DNA of 64,000 bases from positions 32,001 to 96,000 of the IMG/VR virus record IMGVR_UViG_3300025096_002712, one strand, 5' to 3'. The notes beneath the pieces were generated by a model, which was given only the letters and a program-made list of their open reading frames with translations, made no database searches and was not told the DNA's origin. Shown here piece after piece: positions 1 to 13,300 of this stretch. Both the position numbers and the translations under genes were made by a program. Every line of letters starts with the position of its first letter. The stretch's first letter is position 1. Source of the stretch: a virus.

Positions 1-737
1 CGAGGGAACAATTTAGTGAACTTGGAACTATCGTAGGTGACAAACCATACAGAAAACGAACTGATGATAGTGAAAAGAAAAATGTACAAGTAGAATTACC
101 CAAAGAGTTTCTATCGTTAGCATATAAACATCCATCTCCAGTATATAAAAATGCAATGATGTATTTACATAAGAGAGGAATAACACACGAAGATGTTTTA
201 AAGTATGGAATTGGTTATTGTGATGAGGGGTTATATACAAATAGAATTATTATTCCGTCTTATGATGAAGATGGACAATTAAACTTTTTTGTAGGACGAG
301 ATATTTTTGAGAGTAAGATGAAATACAGAAACTCACCTACGCAAAAAGACATAATAGGATTTGATTTATTCATTAATTGGGATGAACCTATCGTGTTATG
401 TGAGGGTCCATTTGATGCAATTGCTATTAAAAGAAATGCCATTCCATTGTTTGGAAAAAGTATTTTACCAAAATTAAGAAAAAAAATTATCGAAAAACGA
501 GTTAAACAGATATATATATCTTTAGATAGTGACGCTATTGGTGATTCTATTAAAATGGTAGAAGATTTTATGAATCATAATATAGATGTCTACTTTGTTA
601 AATTAACAGAAAAGGATCCGTCAGATTTGGGATTTGAAAAAGTTACGGAACTTCTAAAAGAAACGAACAAGATGAAGTTTTCAGATTTGATGAGATATAA
701 GCTTAATGGCAAATCAAAAAGATATATGGAAATTTAA
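1..737 (+). CDS. DNA primase, Toprim/DnaG-like (5'-truncated; frame is open from the window start, so the ATG at 156 is internal)
   Basis: YLxKRGI, RIIIP, GR..KY, Toprim LCEGPFDAI, acidic SLDSDA and KDPSD motifs; no stop codon in frame between position 3 and 156. Confidence 0.9.
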   Translation, partial: REQFSELGTIVGDKPYRKRTDDSEKKNVQVELPKEFLSLAYKHPSPVYKNAMMYLHKRGITHEDVLKYGIGYCDEGLYTNRIIIPSYDEDGQLNFFVGRDIFESKMKYRNSPTQKDIIGFDLFINWDEPIVLCEGPFDAIAIKRNAIPLFGKSILPKLRKKIIEKRVKQIYISLDSDAIGDSIKMVEDFMNHNIDVYFVKLTEKDPSDLGFEKVTELLKETNKMKFSDLMRYKLNGKSKRYMEI

Positions 738-927
738 TGATAATGAATGGAAGATTCATATCACGAGTGAATCGTTAAAAGATAATTTGCAAAAAAAGTT
801 TAATCTTGAGAAATCAGGTACTATTTATTATGAGACTGGTAACTTCCAAGAGGAAACTTCATGGGATATCATAGTTCCAAACAATTTAATTAACAAAGTG
901 AAGAAATACATCAAGGAAAATAGTTGA
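706..927 (+). CDS. Hypothetical protein, 73 aa
   Basis: Fills the gap between primase and the nuclease/ATPase gene, overlapping both. Confidence 0.65.
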   Translation: MANQKDIWKFNDNEWKIHITSESLKDNLQKKFNLEKSGTIYYETGNFQEETSWDIIVPNNLINKVKKYIKENS

Positions 928-3900
928 CAAAAAATGTTGTAAAAGTTCCATTTCGTAAACTAAAACACATTCACCACATATCTGATATACAAATCAGAAA
1001 TCTTAAACGACATAGAGAATATGAAGAAGTCTTTATGCGTTTATACGAAAAGGTCAAAGAAAATAAAGACAATGCAGTAGCTTATATTGGTGGTGATATA
1101 GCTCACTCTAAAACTGAAATGTCACCTGAATTGGTTGACCAGTTGTCAAGGTTATTTAAGAATCTATCTGATATATGTCCTACAATTATTATTGCAGGTA
1201 ATCATGATTGTAATCTAAACAATCGTTCTCGGATGGATTGTCTTTCCCCAATAGTAGATAATTTAAAACATCCAAACTTACATTATCTGAAGGATACTGG
1301 CGTATATAAATGTGCTGATGTATCTTTTGTGGTGTGGGATGTTTGGGATACTAAGAAAGATTATATTAAAGCGAAAGATGTAGAGGGTGATACAAAAATA
1401 GTTTTATTTCACGGAACGGTAGATAGATGTGAAACTGATTTAGGATTTAGATTACCTTCAGATGTGAAGATTACCCAATTCAAAGGTTATGATATGGGAT
1501 TGTTGGGTGATATTCATAAAAGACAACACTTGAATAAAGAAGAAACTATTTCTTACTGTGGTTCGTTAGTTCAACAGAATCACGGAGAAGGATTAGACCA
1601 CGGCTATTTACTATGGGATGTTCCAAAACGAAAATCTACTTATATTCCTGTTCATAATGATTATGGATATTACACAATGGATGTTGATAATGGTAAAGTT
1701 CCTGAAGTAGATGATATGCCACAAAAGGCCAGGTTAAGGGTAAGGGTATCCAATACCGACTCAGTTCAATTAAAGAAGGCGTTGAGTGTAATACAGACCA
1801 AATATGGTATAAAGGAGATAGCTGTTAATCGTACAGACAGATTGACAGAGAGAGTTCGTGATGGTCAATTGGTAGATGTTGGTGATGTTATGAATCCAGA
1901 ATATCAATATGAGTTGATTGAGGATTATTTAGGTAGGAATCATATTGTAGATGATAAAACATTATTAAAAATAAAAGAGTTAAATGATGATTTGAATGGT
2001 AATTTACCTGCAGAAGAAATATCTCGTAATGTATTTTGGAAACTCAAACGATTTGATTGGTCTAATATGTTCAGTTATGGAGAAGATAATATTGTAGACT
2101 TTACAAAACTGAATGGTATTATTGGAATGTTTGCACCAAACGCAAGTGGTAAATCAGCACTATTAGATTCCCTTTCATTCTGTTTATTTGATACATCAGC
2201 AAGAGCATTTAAAGCAGACAGAGTATTAAATAATAAGAAGAATAGTTTTAGTTGTAAGATTAATTTTGAGATAAACGAAACAGATTATTATATTGAGAGA
2301 AAAGGTAAGAAGTTACGAAATGGTCATGTAAAGGTAAATGTAGATTTTTGGATGATTGATGATAACAATGATAAAGTTTCATTAAATGGTGACCAACGAA
2401 GAACCACTAACGCAAACATTCGTAGAGTAATTGGTTCTTACGAGGATTTTGTTTTAACGGCACTATCCCTACAAAACAATTCTACGGTATTCATAGACAA
2501 GACACAAAAAGAAAGAAAAGACTTGTTAGCCCAATTTATGGGAATGGGAGTCTTTGACCAACTTTATACAGCAGCAAATGAAAATGTATCTGATATATCT
2601 GCAATATTAAGAGATTTCAATAAAACGGATTATGATACAGACCTTGCAGAAATAGAGAAGAGTGATACACAATATAAGGTAGTTCAAAAAGACTTACGAA
2701 GTCAGAAGAAAACTTTGACCAATAGACAGAAAGAATTATCAGACCAAGTATTTGGTTTAACTAAAAAGTTACGACCTGTTGATGAATCTATTATGGATAT
2801 AGAAAAGTTAGAAGATGACAAGATAGAAGCGGAAATACAACTTGATTCCATAGACACACGATTAGGTGCAGTAGTAGCGACAACAGAAGAAAACAAGTCA
2901 AAGATTAGTGAACTTAAACACAGAATACAAGAGTATTCTGATAGTAATGTTAATGATAAATACCACGAACTTTCTGAATTGGAAGATAGGGAAAGAGAGA
3001 TAAGAGTTGAAATTGATAAACTTAAAATAGAAGTTCGTAATAAATTAGATAAGATTGATAAACTTGGTAATCTAACTTGGAATGACGATTGTGATGATTG
3101 TATGACTAATCCATTCACACTTGACGCAATGGAAACAAAAGAGAAACTAAATGAAGATAAAGTTCGTACAGAAAAGGTATTGTCAAAGTTAGCTGAAATA
3201 GAAGAAAAGATTGAACATATGGGTGATGTTCATAGTGAAAAAGTTGATTTTGATAGGTCTATTGAAACTTTAAAAAATGTAGAGATAAATCAAAACAAGT
3301 TAGAATCAGAAGAAGTTTTATTATCAGAGAGAAAGAAAAATACATTATCTCAAGTTTCGCTTCAAGAGGAAAAAATAGAAAAATATCACGAAAGTAAAAA
3401 TGATATTGTTTATAATAAACAGATAGAAGAAGAAATAGAAAGTTTAAGAAATTCGGTAGATGATTTAGATTATCAAGTTGATACAATAGATAAAAAGATT
3501 CAAACTATTCATGGAGAGATTCAAATCAATAGAACTAATAAGAAGAATATTATAGAAACTATGAATAAGGTTGAGAACTTAGAAACCGAATATGAAGCAT
3601 ACAATTTTTATATGGACGCCGTCAAACGAGATGGTATTCCATATGAACTTATAGAAAAGGCCTTACCTACGATTGAGGGTGAGGTTAATGATATTCTTGC
3701 ACAAATGGTAGATTTTGGTATTGTGTTAGAAATGGATGGTAAGAATATCAATACATATTTAGCTTATGATGACGATAATGTGTGGCCATTAGAATTGTCA
3801 AGTGGTATGGAACGATTTATATCAAGTCTTGCAATGAGAGTTGGTTTAATAAATGTTTGTAATTTACCACGAGCTAACTTCTTAGCCATAGATGAGGGAT

Positions 3901-4085
3901 TTGGTAATATGGATTCAGATAACCTTAATTCTGTTTATATGTTATTTCAATATCTTAAATCTCAATTCCAATTCGCATTTATTGTATCTCATATAGAATC
4001 TATGAGAGATACGGTGGATTCTTTACTTGAGATAACCAAAGTAAATGGTTTTAGTGAATTAAAATTACCTTCTAAATTTAATTAG
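924..4085 (+). CDS. Fused Mre11/SbcD-like metallophosphoesterase nuclease + Rad50/SbcC-like SMC ATPase (gp47-gp46-like)
   Basis: N-term HISDIQ, GGDIAH, AGNHD, FHG, LGDIH; then Walker A APNASGKS, long coiled coil with central CDDC hook, signature LSSGME, Walker B LAIDEGFG, H-loop VSH; TTG start. Confidence 0.92.
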   Translation: MTKNVVKVPFRKLKHIHHISDIQIRNLKRHREYEEVFMRLYEKVKENKDNAVAYIGGDIAHSKTEMSPELVDQLSRLFKNLSDICPTIIIAGNHDCNLNNRSRMDCLSPIVDNLKHPNLHYLKDTGVYKCADVSFVVWDVWDTKKDYIKAKDVEGDTKIVLFHGTVDRCETDLGFRLPSDVKITQFKGYDMGLLGDIHKRQHLNKEETISYCGSLVQQNHGEGLDHGYLLWDVPKRKSTYIPVHNDYGYYTMDVDNGKVPEVDDMPQKARLRVRVSNTDSVQLKKALSVIQTKYGIKEIAVNRTDRLTERVRDGQLVDVGDVMNPEYQYELIEDYLGRNHIVDDKTLLKIKELNDDLNGNLPAEEISRNVFWKLKRFDWSNMFSYGEDNIVDFTKLNGIIGMFAPNASGKSALLDSLSFCLFDTSARAFKADRVLNNKKNSFSCKINFEINETDYYIERKGKKLRNGHVKVNVDFWMIDDNNDKVSLNGDQRRTTNANIRRVIGSYEDFVLTALSLQNNSTVFIDKTQKERKDLLAQFMGMGVFDQLYTAANENVSDISAILRDFNKTDYDTDLAEIEKSDTQYKVVQKDLRSQKKTLTNRQKELSDQVFGLTKKLRPVDESIMDIEKLEDDKIEAEIQLDSIDTRLGAVVATTEENKSKISELKHRIQEYSDSNVNDKYHELSELEDREREIRVEIDKLKIEVRNKLDKIDKLGNLTWNDDCDDCMTNPFTLDAMETKEKLNEDKVRTEKVLSKLAEIEEKIEHMGDVHSEKVDFDRSIETLKNVEINQNKLESEEVLLSERKKNTLSQVSLQEEKIEKYHESKNDIVYNKQIEEEIESLRNSVDDLDYQVDTIDKKIQTIHGEIQINRTNKKNIIETMNKVENLETEYEAYNFYMDAVKRDGIPYELIEKALPTIEGEVNDILAQMVDFGIVLEMDGKNINTYLAYDDDNVWPLELSSGMERFISSLAMRVGLINVCNLPRANFLAIDEGFGNMDSDNLNSVYMLFQYLKSQFQFAFIVSHIESMRDTVDSLLEITKVNGFSELKLPSKFN

Positions 4086-4248
4086 AATGTAAAATATTCT
4101 TTGGAGCGGGACGTCCTTCCCGTTCTCTTTTCAAACTTAAAATATGTTGATTAAGTACACCACTCATAGTTGTGCTTTCTTCCCTAACATAGAGCCTAAA
4201 CCAATCCATCAGTCTATCTTCTATTGTGAACGAATATTTCTTCTTCAT
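4078..4248 (-). CDS. Small ribbon-helix-helix (CopG/Arc/MetJ-like) DNA-binding protein, 56 aa, absent from ORF track
   Basis: Manual translation MKKKYSFTIEDRLMDWFRLYVREESTTMSGVLNQHILSLKREREGRPAPKNILHSN*; alternating beta strand, helix, turn, MS-helix pattern; AAGGA SD upstream on the minus strand. Confidence 0.7.
   Translation of the reverse strand: MKKKYSFTIEDRLMDWFRLYVREESTTMSGVLNQHILSLKREREGRPAPKNILHSN
4104..4132 (+). terminator. Probable intrinsic terminator of the primase-Mre11/Rad50 unit
   Basis: GAGCGGGA-cgtcct-TCCCGTTC 8-bp stem (one G-U) followed by TCTTTTC, 18 nt after the stop codon. Confidence 0.55.
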
Positions 4249-4277
4249 ACCGATAATATCCTTATTTTATACATACA

Positions 4278-4311
4278 ATAAATAGTAAGAATTACCAAAT
4301 ATGATATTTAT
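4278..4311. promoter_or_regulatory. Divergent pair of TATTTAT motifs (candidate phage promoters) between the RHH gene and the giant structural gene
   Basis: TATTTAT at 4305-4311 (+) and 4284-4278 (-); same 7-mer recurs at 19155, 20760 and 33408 before gene starts. Confidence 0.45.
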
Positions 4312-4340
4312 AATTGAATAAATCTATTCGGAGATAATTT

Positions 4341-7300
4341 TTGGCAGTTCCAAAACGTATAAATCCACTTATTGGATTAAAAGACCTTGATGTTTATGTA
4401 GAAGATACTGAATTTGATTCAGCGTATTTTAGAGTTTTAGAGTGCCCATCAGTACTTACACAGGGTAAGAGTAGTTTTCTTGTGGGGGGTTCTAATTTTT
4501 TAAAACCTGGAGTTGATGTTAAATTTGAAATAGTTCACGATATAACAAATGAGGTTATTTATACAGAGGCAGTTAGAGGTCATTTAGAAGGAGATTTACG
4601 AAGAGTTTCAATAGAAGTTTATGAGGATATTATTCCTGGTCCTGCTACATTATATATTGTTGGTGAATTAAATCCACAAACTATAGATGTAGAAATTCCT
4701 ATTTCTTGGCAAAATATTTATAATGTAAGGTGGACAAAAAATGTTACGATAAATGCAGCAGGAATCAATACTCAACCTATTTATTTTTATAAACAACCAA
4801 GTATAAATGTATCCGAAATATTCAGGGGATATTTGGTTTCTGATCCACCACCTACAGTTACAACATATTTAACTGGAAGTGGTGATCCACGACAGGGATT
4901 ATCTTCAATAGCTCCTGTTCAAAATGTAACATCTAATGGACAACAAACTACTGCAACTTATCCAGAAAAAGATTTTGCAGATAAAGCAAATTTGGCAAAA
5001 ATTGAAGAAAATAAACCTATAAATAAACTTACTGGTAAACAAGGACATATAGGTAAACAAGGTAAATTATTACAGAAAAGTTCTCCATCACCAGATGATT
5101 ATTTAATATCGGTCAGTAGTATTTCTCCTGTTAGTAGTTCTTATATAGGACATACTTTTACAATTAATAACCCACAAGTTGATTCGTCAAAATTTCAATT
5201 AGATTCTTATCATACAGTTCCAACGGTTTATACTGCATCTGTAATGAAAATTATTGATGAAACTACTTTTGTACCATCGAGTGTTTTTTATATTAATGAT
5301 ACGAGAACAACACCATCAACTCTTGTTCCCGCCCCACTCGGTAATCAATATATTACCGCAAGTTATCAAAACCTACCAAATCAAAATATATCAGCAAATA
5401 ATTTCTTTTCTTTTGCAGATGTAGAGTTATCTGATTTAAGAACATTTAGTGGTGATGTCCACAAAGTTAAAGTTTATGCAAAAAGTGAAGGTTCACTTGG
5501 AGATTTTGAAAAAATATATGATTCACCGATAGAAAGTTCAGAGATTTTATTAGATAGTTCCGACCTTACTCTATTGGGTAATATGGGTTATATTCAAGAC
5601 CTAAGTAGACTTAATTCTTATTGGGAAATATATCAAGGAAGTGATGGAAATGGTGGAAGTGGAACATTAAGTTATAGTTCTGCTTATATTGTTGATTCGA
5701 TGAAAATATCTGGATCAAATACACAATATGATGATGTATTAAGAGTCCAACTAAAAAAGGATGTTAGTTTTGTAGCAGGAAATACATATACCTTTCGAGC
5801 TTCCCTGTATGGGATAAAAGATTCAGTACAAACTATTAATGGAACTACAATAAATGATGGAAAGTTTGAAATATATGTTTCTGGTTCAGCATTTAATAAA
5901 GATACGACAGAGGGTTCACAATGGGGTATTAAAAAATTAAGTGTTCCAGATTTTCCCGATGGAGTTGGTAGTTATAATTTCGGTACAGTAGAGGGAGATT
6001 TTATAGCAGATAATACTGGTACTGGTAGGATTCAATTTAAAGTTCCATCGGGACAATGGTATGTGTCTGATGTTTCTGTTAAAGCATCGGCCGATACTGC
6101 ATTTAATCCAGAATATGTTAGAGTTGTTGCACCTATGCCACAATTATATGCACGGCCAGACCAAGTAAGATTTTTAGTAGAGTTTTACGATGTAAATAAT
6201 AATATAGCAGATTCGGTTATATTTAGTGATTATTTTACATTTCAAGGTGAAAATGTTTCTATAGGTGGAACTGATAATATATTGAGTGGTTCAATGTTCA
6301 TCTCAAACGCTACTGGTAGTGGTATAGAAATGGCTGGTATTGGTTCTGGATTCATTCGTTCTATGGGATATAAAGGATTTACAAGTGCATCTTCTTATCC
6401 AACGAGTGGTTCTGGATTTATGATGTGGAGTGGTTCTGTTTTATCTGATATAACAAGTGATTATACTCAAGGTGGAGTCGGATTAGAATTAGTAGGACAT
6501 AGTGGAAGTTATTTTAAGTTTAAAACAAATCCAAGTGAACTTGATATAAGAACAGATAAGTTTTTTATAGGTCAAGAGTCTATTCAATACATGAGTGGAT
6601 CTGATAGGAATATTGAAATCAGTTCTTCTTTATTTTGGTTAGATCCTAAAAATGATAGACTTATAATAGGTGCAGATGCCACTATTAATGCAGATTTAAG
6701 TGTAAATAATATATTTGCACCCGCTGGTACTAATATTTTAACTGCTAAAGCGGCAATTACATCACAAGGTTTTGCAAAATTTGTATCTGCTTCTATTGGG
6801 GCATTTAAACTTAACAATGATTCCTTGTTTTCTGGACCCCATAACAAACCAAATTTTTACATAAGTGGTTCCGCAACAGGTACAGATTATTTTATATCAT
6901 CTTCAAACTTTCAAGTAAGGGCAAGTGGTGAAGTTTCTGCATCATCATTAAAATTAAGTGGTGGAGATGTTGGTGGATTAACTGTTACTGAAGGTCAAGT
7001 GGCAGTAGGTGAGATTTTAAAATTAAAAGATAGTGGTGATATAACAGGTTCTGCAGTATTACTTGGTGATAAATCTATAAGTCAATATCTACAATATAAA
7101 AATAATTCATTAGTAGTTAGAGGGGATATTACAGTTGATTCTATCACAACACCAGCAACTATAGGTGGGGCAGCATCAACACCAGCTAACGCATCTGCAT
7201 CTATTGATTCGAGTGGTAATGCAATATTTAAATCTGGTTCTATTGCTGGGTGGAAAATAATTGGAAATTTATTATCGGGTTCAAATGCAACATTGGATGC

Positions 7301-10300
7301 AGATGGGGCGGCGTTATATATGTCCACAAAAGGACCAGATACAGATAGTGCGGCAGCATTTGACCAATTAAGAGATGAATATTATATTGATTTTACACCC
7401 GCAGACCAAGGTAATACTACAAATTATTATGTTAAGTTTGGTCCTAATTTTATGGTGGATAGTGATGGTATTCTTATAGCAAGTGGAGCAAAGTTTGAGG
7501 GAACTATAACTGCTTCTGCAGGTAGTATTGGTGGAGCATCAATAGAAAGTGCATCATTGGCTTATTCACCATATTGGAGAATATCATCTTCCGCAGCAAC
7601 AGATGATCCAGTATCGTTTATCTCATCAAGTCAATTTAAAGTTTCTGCAGATGGACGGATAACTGCAAGTGCAGCAAATATAGAAGGAAAGATAACTGCT
7701 ACAAGTGGTAAAATTGCAAATTGGGACATAATAGGTGATACACTTTCAAGTGTTAACGTTTCCAATAAAGGTATCCTACTTGATGCGGATGCATCAACAC
7801 CAATTATTGAAATTAGAGAAGATGATAATAATCGTTTACAATTATATCACACTACTTCTACTAATTGGGGTATTATAGGAAGAGCAGGTGGTACTAATTT
7901 ATTCCGATTGGGGAGTACAAATCAAATTGCAGGTTGGGCAATAAGTGGAAGTTATATTTCTAAGGCTATAAGTGGTTCAGTTGCACATCAAGATTATACG
8001 AGAGTTTATATGTCATCTGTCAATGACAATGCTAAAAATATTACAGAAGGTTTTAGTCTATATAGAAAAGATGAAGATACAGATAATGGAGCTACAAAGA
8101 TAGTTAGACTTGGTGGATTAAGTGATACTACTGATTTACATGCAAATGATGATTATGGTTTACAAGTAATAAGACAAGATACTGCTGGAAATTATTCTAA
8201 CCTTTTATATATTGGTTCGGGAAGTCAAACGATATCTGGTTGGAATATATCAACTACTGGATTTACTAATACTGGAATTGAATTATCTTCAACACAAGCT
8301 TCAATGTCGTTGGGAACTAACCGAGCGATTATTTTAAAAGGTGGAACTGCCAATCCATATATCAGTATTGGTCAATCAACAATTGCTTATGGTGAAGATG
8401 GATTATTACTTGCATACATCGGTACAGATCCAGTAGTTTCTTTTGTAGGAAGTGGTGGTTATCTTAAATTCAATGGTAGTACGATAGATATACAAACAGA
8501 TACTTTAAAGGCAAGTGGTAGTAATATTATATTAGAAGCACCAAGATTTTTCTTAGGTGGACAATCACAATATGTTAGTGGATCCAATGGAAACATAGAA
8601 ATCAGTTCTTCTAATTTTCATCTTACTAATGCAGGCGATGTTACAATGGCAGGTACTGTTACTGCTACAGCAGGTGAAATTGGTGGTTTTAGTATCAGTA
8701 GTGATGCAATTTATTCAGGAACTAATTTTTATTTAAGTGGTTCATCGAGTGGAAACAATTACTTTCTATCATCTTCTAATTTTAATATAAAGGCAAGTGG
8801 AGATATAACAGGTTCACAAGTATTATTTAGTGGTGGTAAAGTTGCTGGATGGGATTTAAGTAGTACAAGAATAACATCTCCTGATGGGGATATGAGATTA
8901 ACTTCGGGTAATCCAAAAATAACAATCGGTACACATACAATAGGAAATGGTCCAGGAATACAATTAGGTTACGATAGTGGTAATACATTAACATTTTTTG
9001 CTGGACAGAGTGGAACGGATTACATAAAATATACTGCTGGAACTGGAGTAGATATAAAAACAGCCGTTTTTAAACTTGATACAGATAATTTAGATATTAA
9101 TAGTGCAAATGGTGGATCTGTTGCACTTGGTACAACACCTAATACAAGTATTAGTGGTACGAATAAAGGTATCTTTATGAGTGGAAGTGGAGATTTCTTA
9201 CTTTATGGAAGTGCTACTAACTATTTTAAGTTTGATGCTACCGCAACTGCTATTGATATTAAATCAGATACTTTTGATTTGGCCACAACAACAATGATAT
9301 TGGATAGTGGAGTAAATAGTGGTAAAATAGCACTTGGAAATACACCACCAACTTCAGTAGCTTATACAGCCAACTCAGGTGTCTATATGGATGGTACTGG
9401 GGATTTTTTAGTTAGAGGTGATGCAAGTAACTATATAAAAATGTACTCCAATACCATTGATATTAAATCAGAAGTATTTGATTTAGATGCAGGTACATTA
9501 CTATTAAGTAGTGCAACCAATGGTGGTAAAATAGCACTTGGTGGAACGCCACCGACAGCATATAATAGTGGTGTGGGTGTCTACCTTGATGGTACAGGCA
9601 AAGCATTAATAGGAAACTCAACTGGTTCTATGGTACAATTCGATGGAGCTACCTTAATAATGAGTGCATCTAAATTTTATTTGGGTGGAAGTAGTCAATA
9701 TGTTAGTGGATCTAATGGAAACATAGAAATAAGTTCTTCTAATTTCTATCTTGACAATAGTGGTAATGTTACAATGGCGGGAACTATTACAGCAACCGCG
9801 GGTGCAATAGGTGGTTCTACTATAACATCCGATGCATTAGCTTATTCACCATATTGGAGAATATCAGCATCAAACGCCACATCAGATCCAGTATCATTTA
9901 TATCATCAAGTGCATTTAAAGTATCGGCTGGTGGTAATATAACTGGTTCATCAGTAAACTTTACGGGTGGTAAAATTGCAGGATTTACAATAGCAACTAC
10001 TGGTATAACATCTACAGGAATTGGTGTACATCCAACTGGACAAACATACGCATTTACTGCTGGTGGGAGTAATGAGTTTAATGTAAAACATAGTGGACAA
10101 ATAACGGGTTCTAATGTAAAATTTACTGGTGGTCAAATTGGTGGATGGGAAATAGATTCTGATGAAATAAAGAGTTCCGTTGTTACTATGAGTTCCGCAA
10201 CTCAAAGGATAGAAGTATCTGATGGAAGTGGTAATACGAGAGTAAGAATTGGTGAAGTAGATACAACTGCTGCAAGTAAATATGGTTTGGTTATTTTTGA

Positions 10301-13300
10301 TGGTTCTGGAACTGCATATAGTGATGAGATAGTTCACCTTGGAGATGCAAGAAATCAAATAGCAAGTTGGTCATTAAGTACATCTCAAATTTCAAGTAAT
10401 AATCTTATATTAGATTCGAGTGGAATCATACAAACATCAGATTTTGCAAGTGGTGTTAAGGGTTGGAGAATAACATCGGCAAATAATGGTGAGGCAGAAT
10501 TTGAAAAGGTTACTATTAGAGGAACATTGGCTACTACTGTATTTGAAAAAGAATCTGTAAGTGCCGTAGGTGGTCAATTATATGTAGCCAATTCAACTAT
10601 TATATCACAATCAACACAACTAGCAGCATCAGATACGACAATGAGTGTTGCAAATGTAGGTGGGTTTACTGGTAGTTACAATAATAATAATGGGGAAGTT
10701 ATATCTATTAAGAAAGTTACCGACACAGGATTTACAACAGAGTATGTTTTAATTCAAAGTGCATCAAGAGATAATCCTTCAAGTGATAAAGATTTAAGAG
10801 GTAAGTTATATGTAGTTCGTGGATATAGTGGTTCAACACCAGCAGATAGTAGTTCTCTTGGAGATGCTGCACAATCAGCTCAGACTTATGAAAATGGTCA
10901 AGTAATTGTTTCAACAGGTCGCGTCAATACTGGATATATTAGATTAAATGCTAATCCAAATGATACTACAACACCTTATATTGATATTGTTGAAAGAACT
11001 GGTTCTGCAATTTATGATGTAAGTTTAAAGGCAAGACTTGGGGATTTAAGTGGTTTAAGTAGTGGATTATTATATGGAAATACTTCTCCTGGATTTGGAT
11101 TATTTACAGAAAATGTATTCTTACAAGGTGCCATAACAGCCACAACTGGTTCATTTACAGGAATTGTACATATCAGAACTGATGCAAGTAATCAGATAAA
11201 AATGGGTACTAATGTTAATGGTAACGCCGATGGATTTTCCTTAAATAATAATAACTTTTGGTATACGACTGGTGATTTTAGAGTAGGTGGTGCTAGTAGT
11301 AATTATTTTTACATATCTGGTTCTACAATAGATATAAAAACAGATACATTAGTTGCAAGTGGAAGTTCAATACAATTAAAAACACCAAACTTTTATTTTG
11401 GTGATAGTTCCAATTATATAAGTGGAAGTGGTGGAAAAGTAGCAATAGTAAATACAGGTACAACAACCATAAGTGGAAGTGCAGTAAATATCCAAACACC
11501 TAAGTTTTATTTTGGAAACTCTCAAAATTTCATAAGTGGTTCAAATGATAATATTAAAATACAAAGTTATGGTACTACAACATTAAGTGGAAGTGAAGTA
11601 ACAATAGAAACTCCATCATTTTTCTTTGGTAAGAAAAGTACACAATTTGTAAGCGGCTCAAATGGTTATGTAGAAATAAGCTCGTCTAAATTTCATATAC
11701 AGGCAGATGGTGATGTCATAGCAAATAATATAACAGCGTCTAATATATCAATGTCAGGTGTTGTAAATGCCAGCGAAGGTGGTATTGGTGGTTGGGTTAT
11801 AGGATCTAATAAGATTTATACAGGAACGAATGAAACTGTAAGTGGATATACATCAGCCAATGGAAGATTAATATTATCTTCAAGTGGTGCAATTCATGCA
11901 AAAGGATTTTATGTTACAAAAGGTGGAAATGCATCTTTTAGTGGTTCTATATCTTCAAGTGAAGGTAATATAGCTGGTTGGACAATAGATGCAGATGAAA
12001 TAAAATCACCTGGTAGTACGGTAGTATTAGACTCAGATTCGAGTAATGGACAAATAAAATTAGGTTCAGCAACAGCTCTTAATACTGGTGATGGTATTTA
12101 CATGGATGGTGGTGGTAACTTTAGAGCCGGCGACGCAAATGGTAAGAGAATTCAATGGGATGGTACTAATATAACAGTAAGTGCTTCTGATTTCTTTTTC
12201 GGAGATAATTCAAATTATATAAGTGGAAGTGGTGGAAACTTAGCCATACAAAATACAGGTACAACAACTATAAGTGGAAGTGCAGTAAATATCCAAACAC
12301 CTAAGTTTTTCATGGGTGGAAGTAGTCAATATGTTAGTGGATCCAATGGAAACATCGAAATCAGTTCTTCTAATTTCCATCTTTCATCAAGTGGTGATGT
12401 TACAATGGCGGGAACTATTACTGCAACCGAGGGAGCAATAGGTGGTTCTACTATAACATCCGACGCATTAGCTTATTCACCATATTGGAGAATATCATCT
12501 TCTGCAGATACATCAGATCCTGTATCATTTATATCATCAAGTGCATTTAAAGTATCGGCTGGTGGTAATATAACTGGTTCGAGTGTTTTATTCGATGGTG
12601 GAAAAGTCGGTGGTTGGACAATTACAGAAAATCAATTAGAGGCCAATAATATTAAAATAAATGCAGCAAGTGGTTACATTGAAGCAGGAGAGTTGAGTAA
12701 TGTTAATGATATTGATGACACATCAGTAGGATTTTTCGCAAATAAAGATGGTGAAGTACTAATTAAAGCTGGAACTTCCGCAAATAAAAATTATATGCAG
12801 TTCAAAAATGGTACTTTAGATATCAATAGTGATAAAGTACATATCAGCGGAAGTCAGATAACATTGAAAACTCCTGATTTTTATTTTGGTGATAGTTCCA
12901 ATTATATAAGTGGTAGTGGTGGAAACTTAGCCATAGTAAATACTGGAACCACAACCATAAGTGGAAGTGCAGTAACAATTGAAACACCAAGATTCTTTTT
13001 GGGTCAGAAAAGTACACAATATATAAGTGGTTCACTCGGAAATGTAGAGATTAGTTCTTCAAAATTTCATTTACAAGCAGATGGTGATGTCATAGCAAAT
13101 AATATAACGGCATCTAATATATCAATGTCAGGTGTTGTAAATTCAAGTGCTGGTACAATTGGTGGATGGAAAATATTACCTGGGGTATTAAAATCACCTG
13201 GTGAGAATGTTATATTGTCCGCATCAAATGGTGGTTATATATCACTTGGTGCAACACCACCCATAACAGCATCAAGTGGTGTCGGTATATTCCTATCTGG

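Noticed and set aside
7561-13142. Repeats as a CRISPR array or DGR template/variable pair
   Set aside because: Copies are in-frame coding modules without regular spacers, differences are not confined to adenines, and there is no reverse transcriptase or cas gene in the window.
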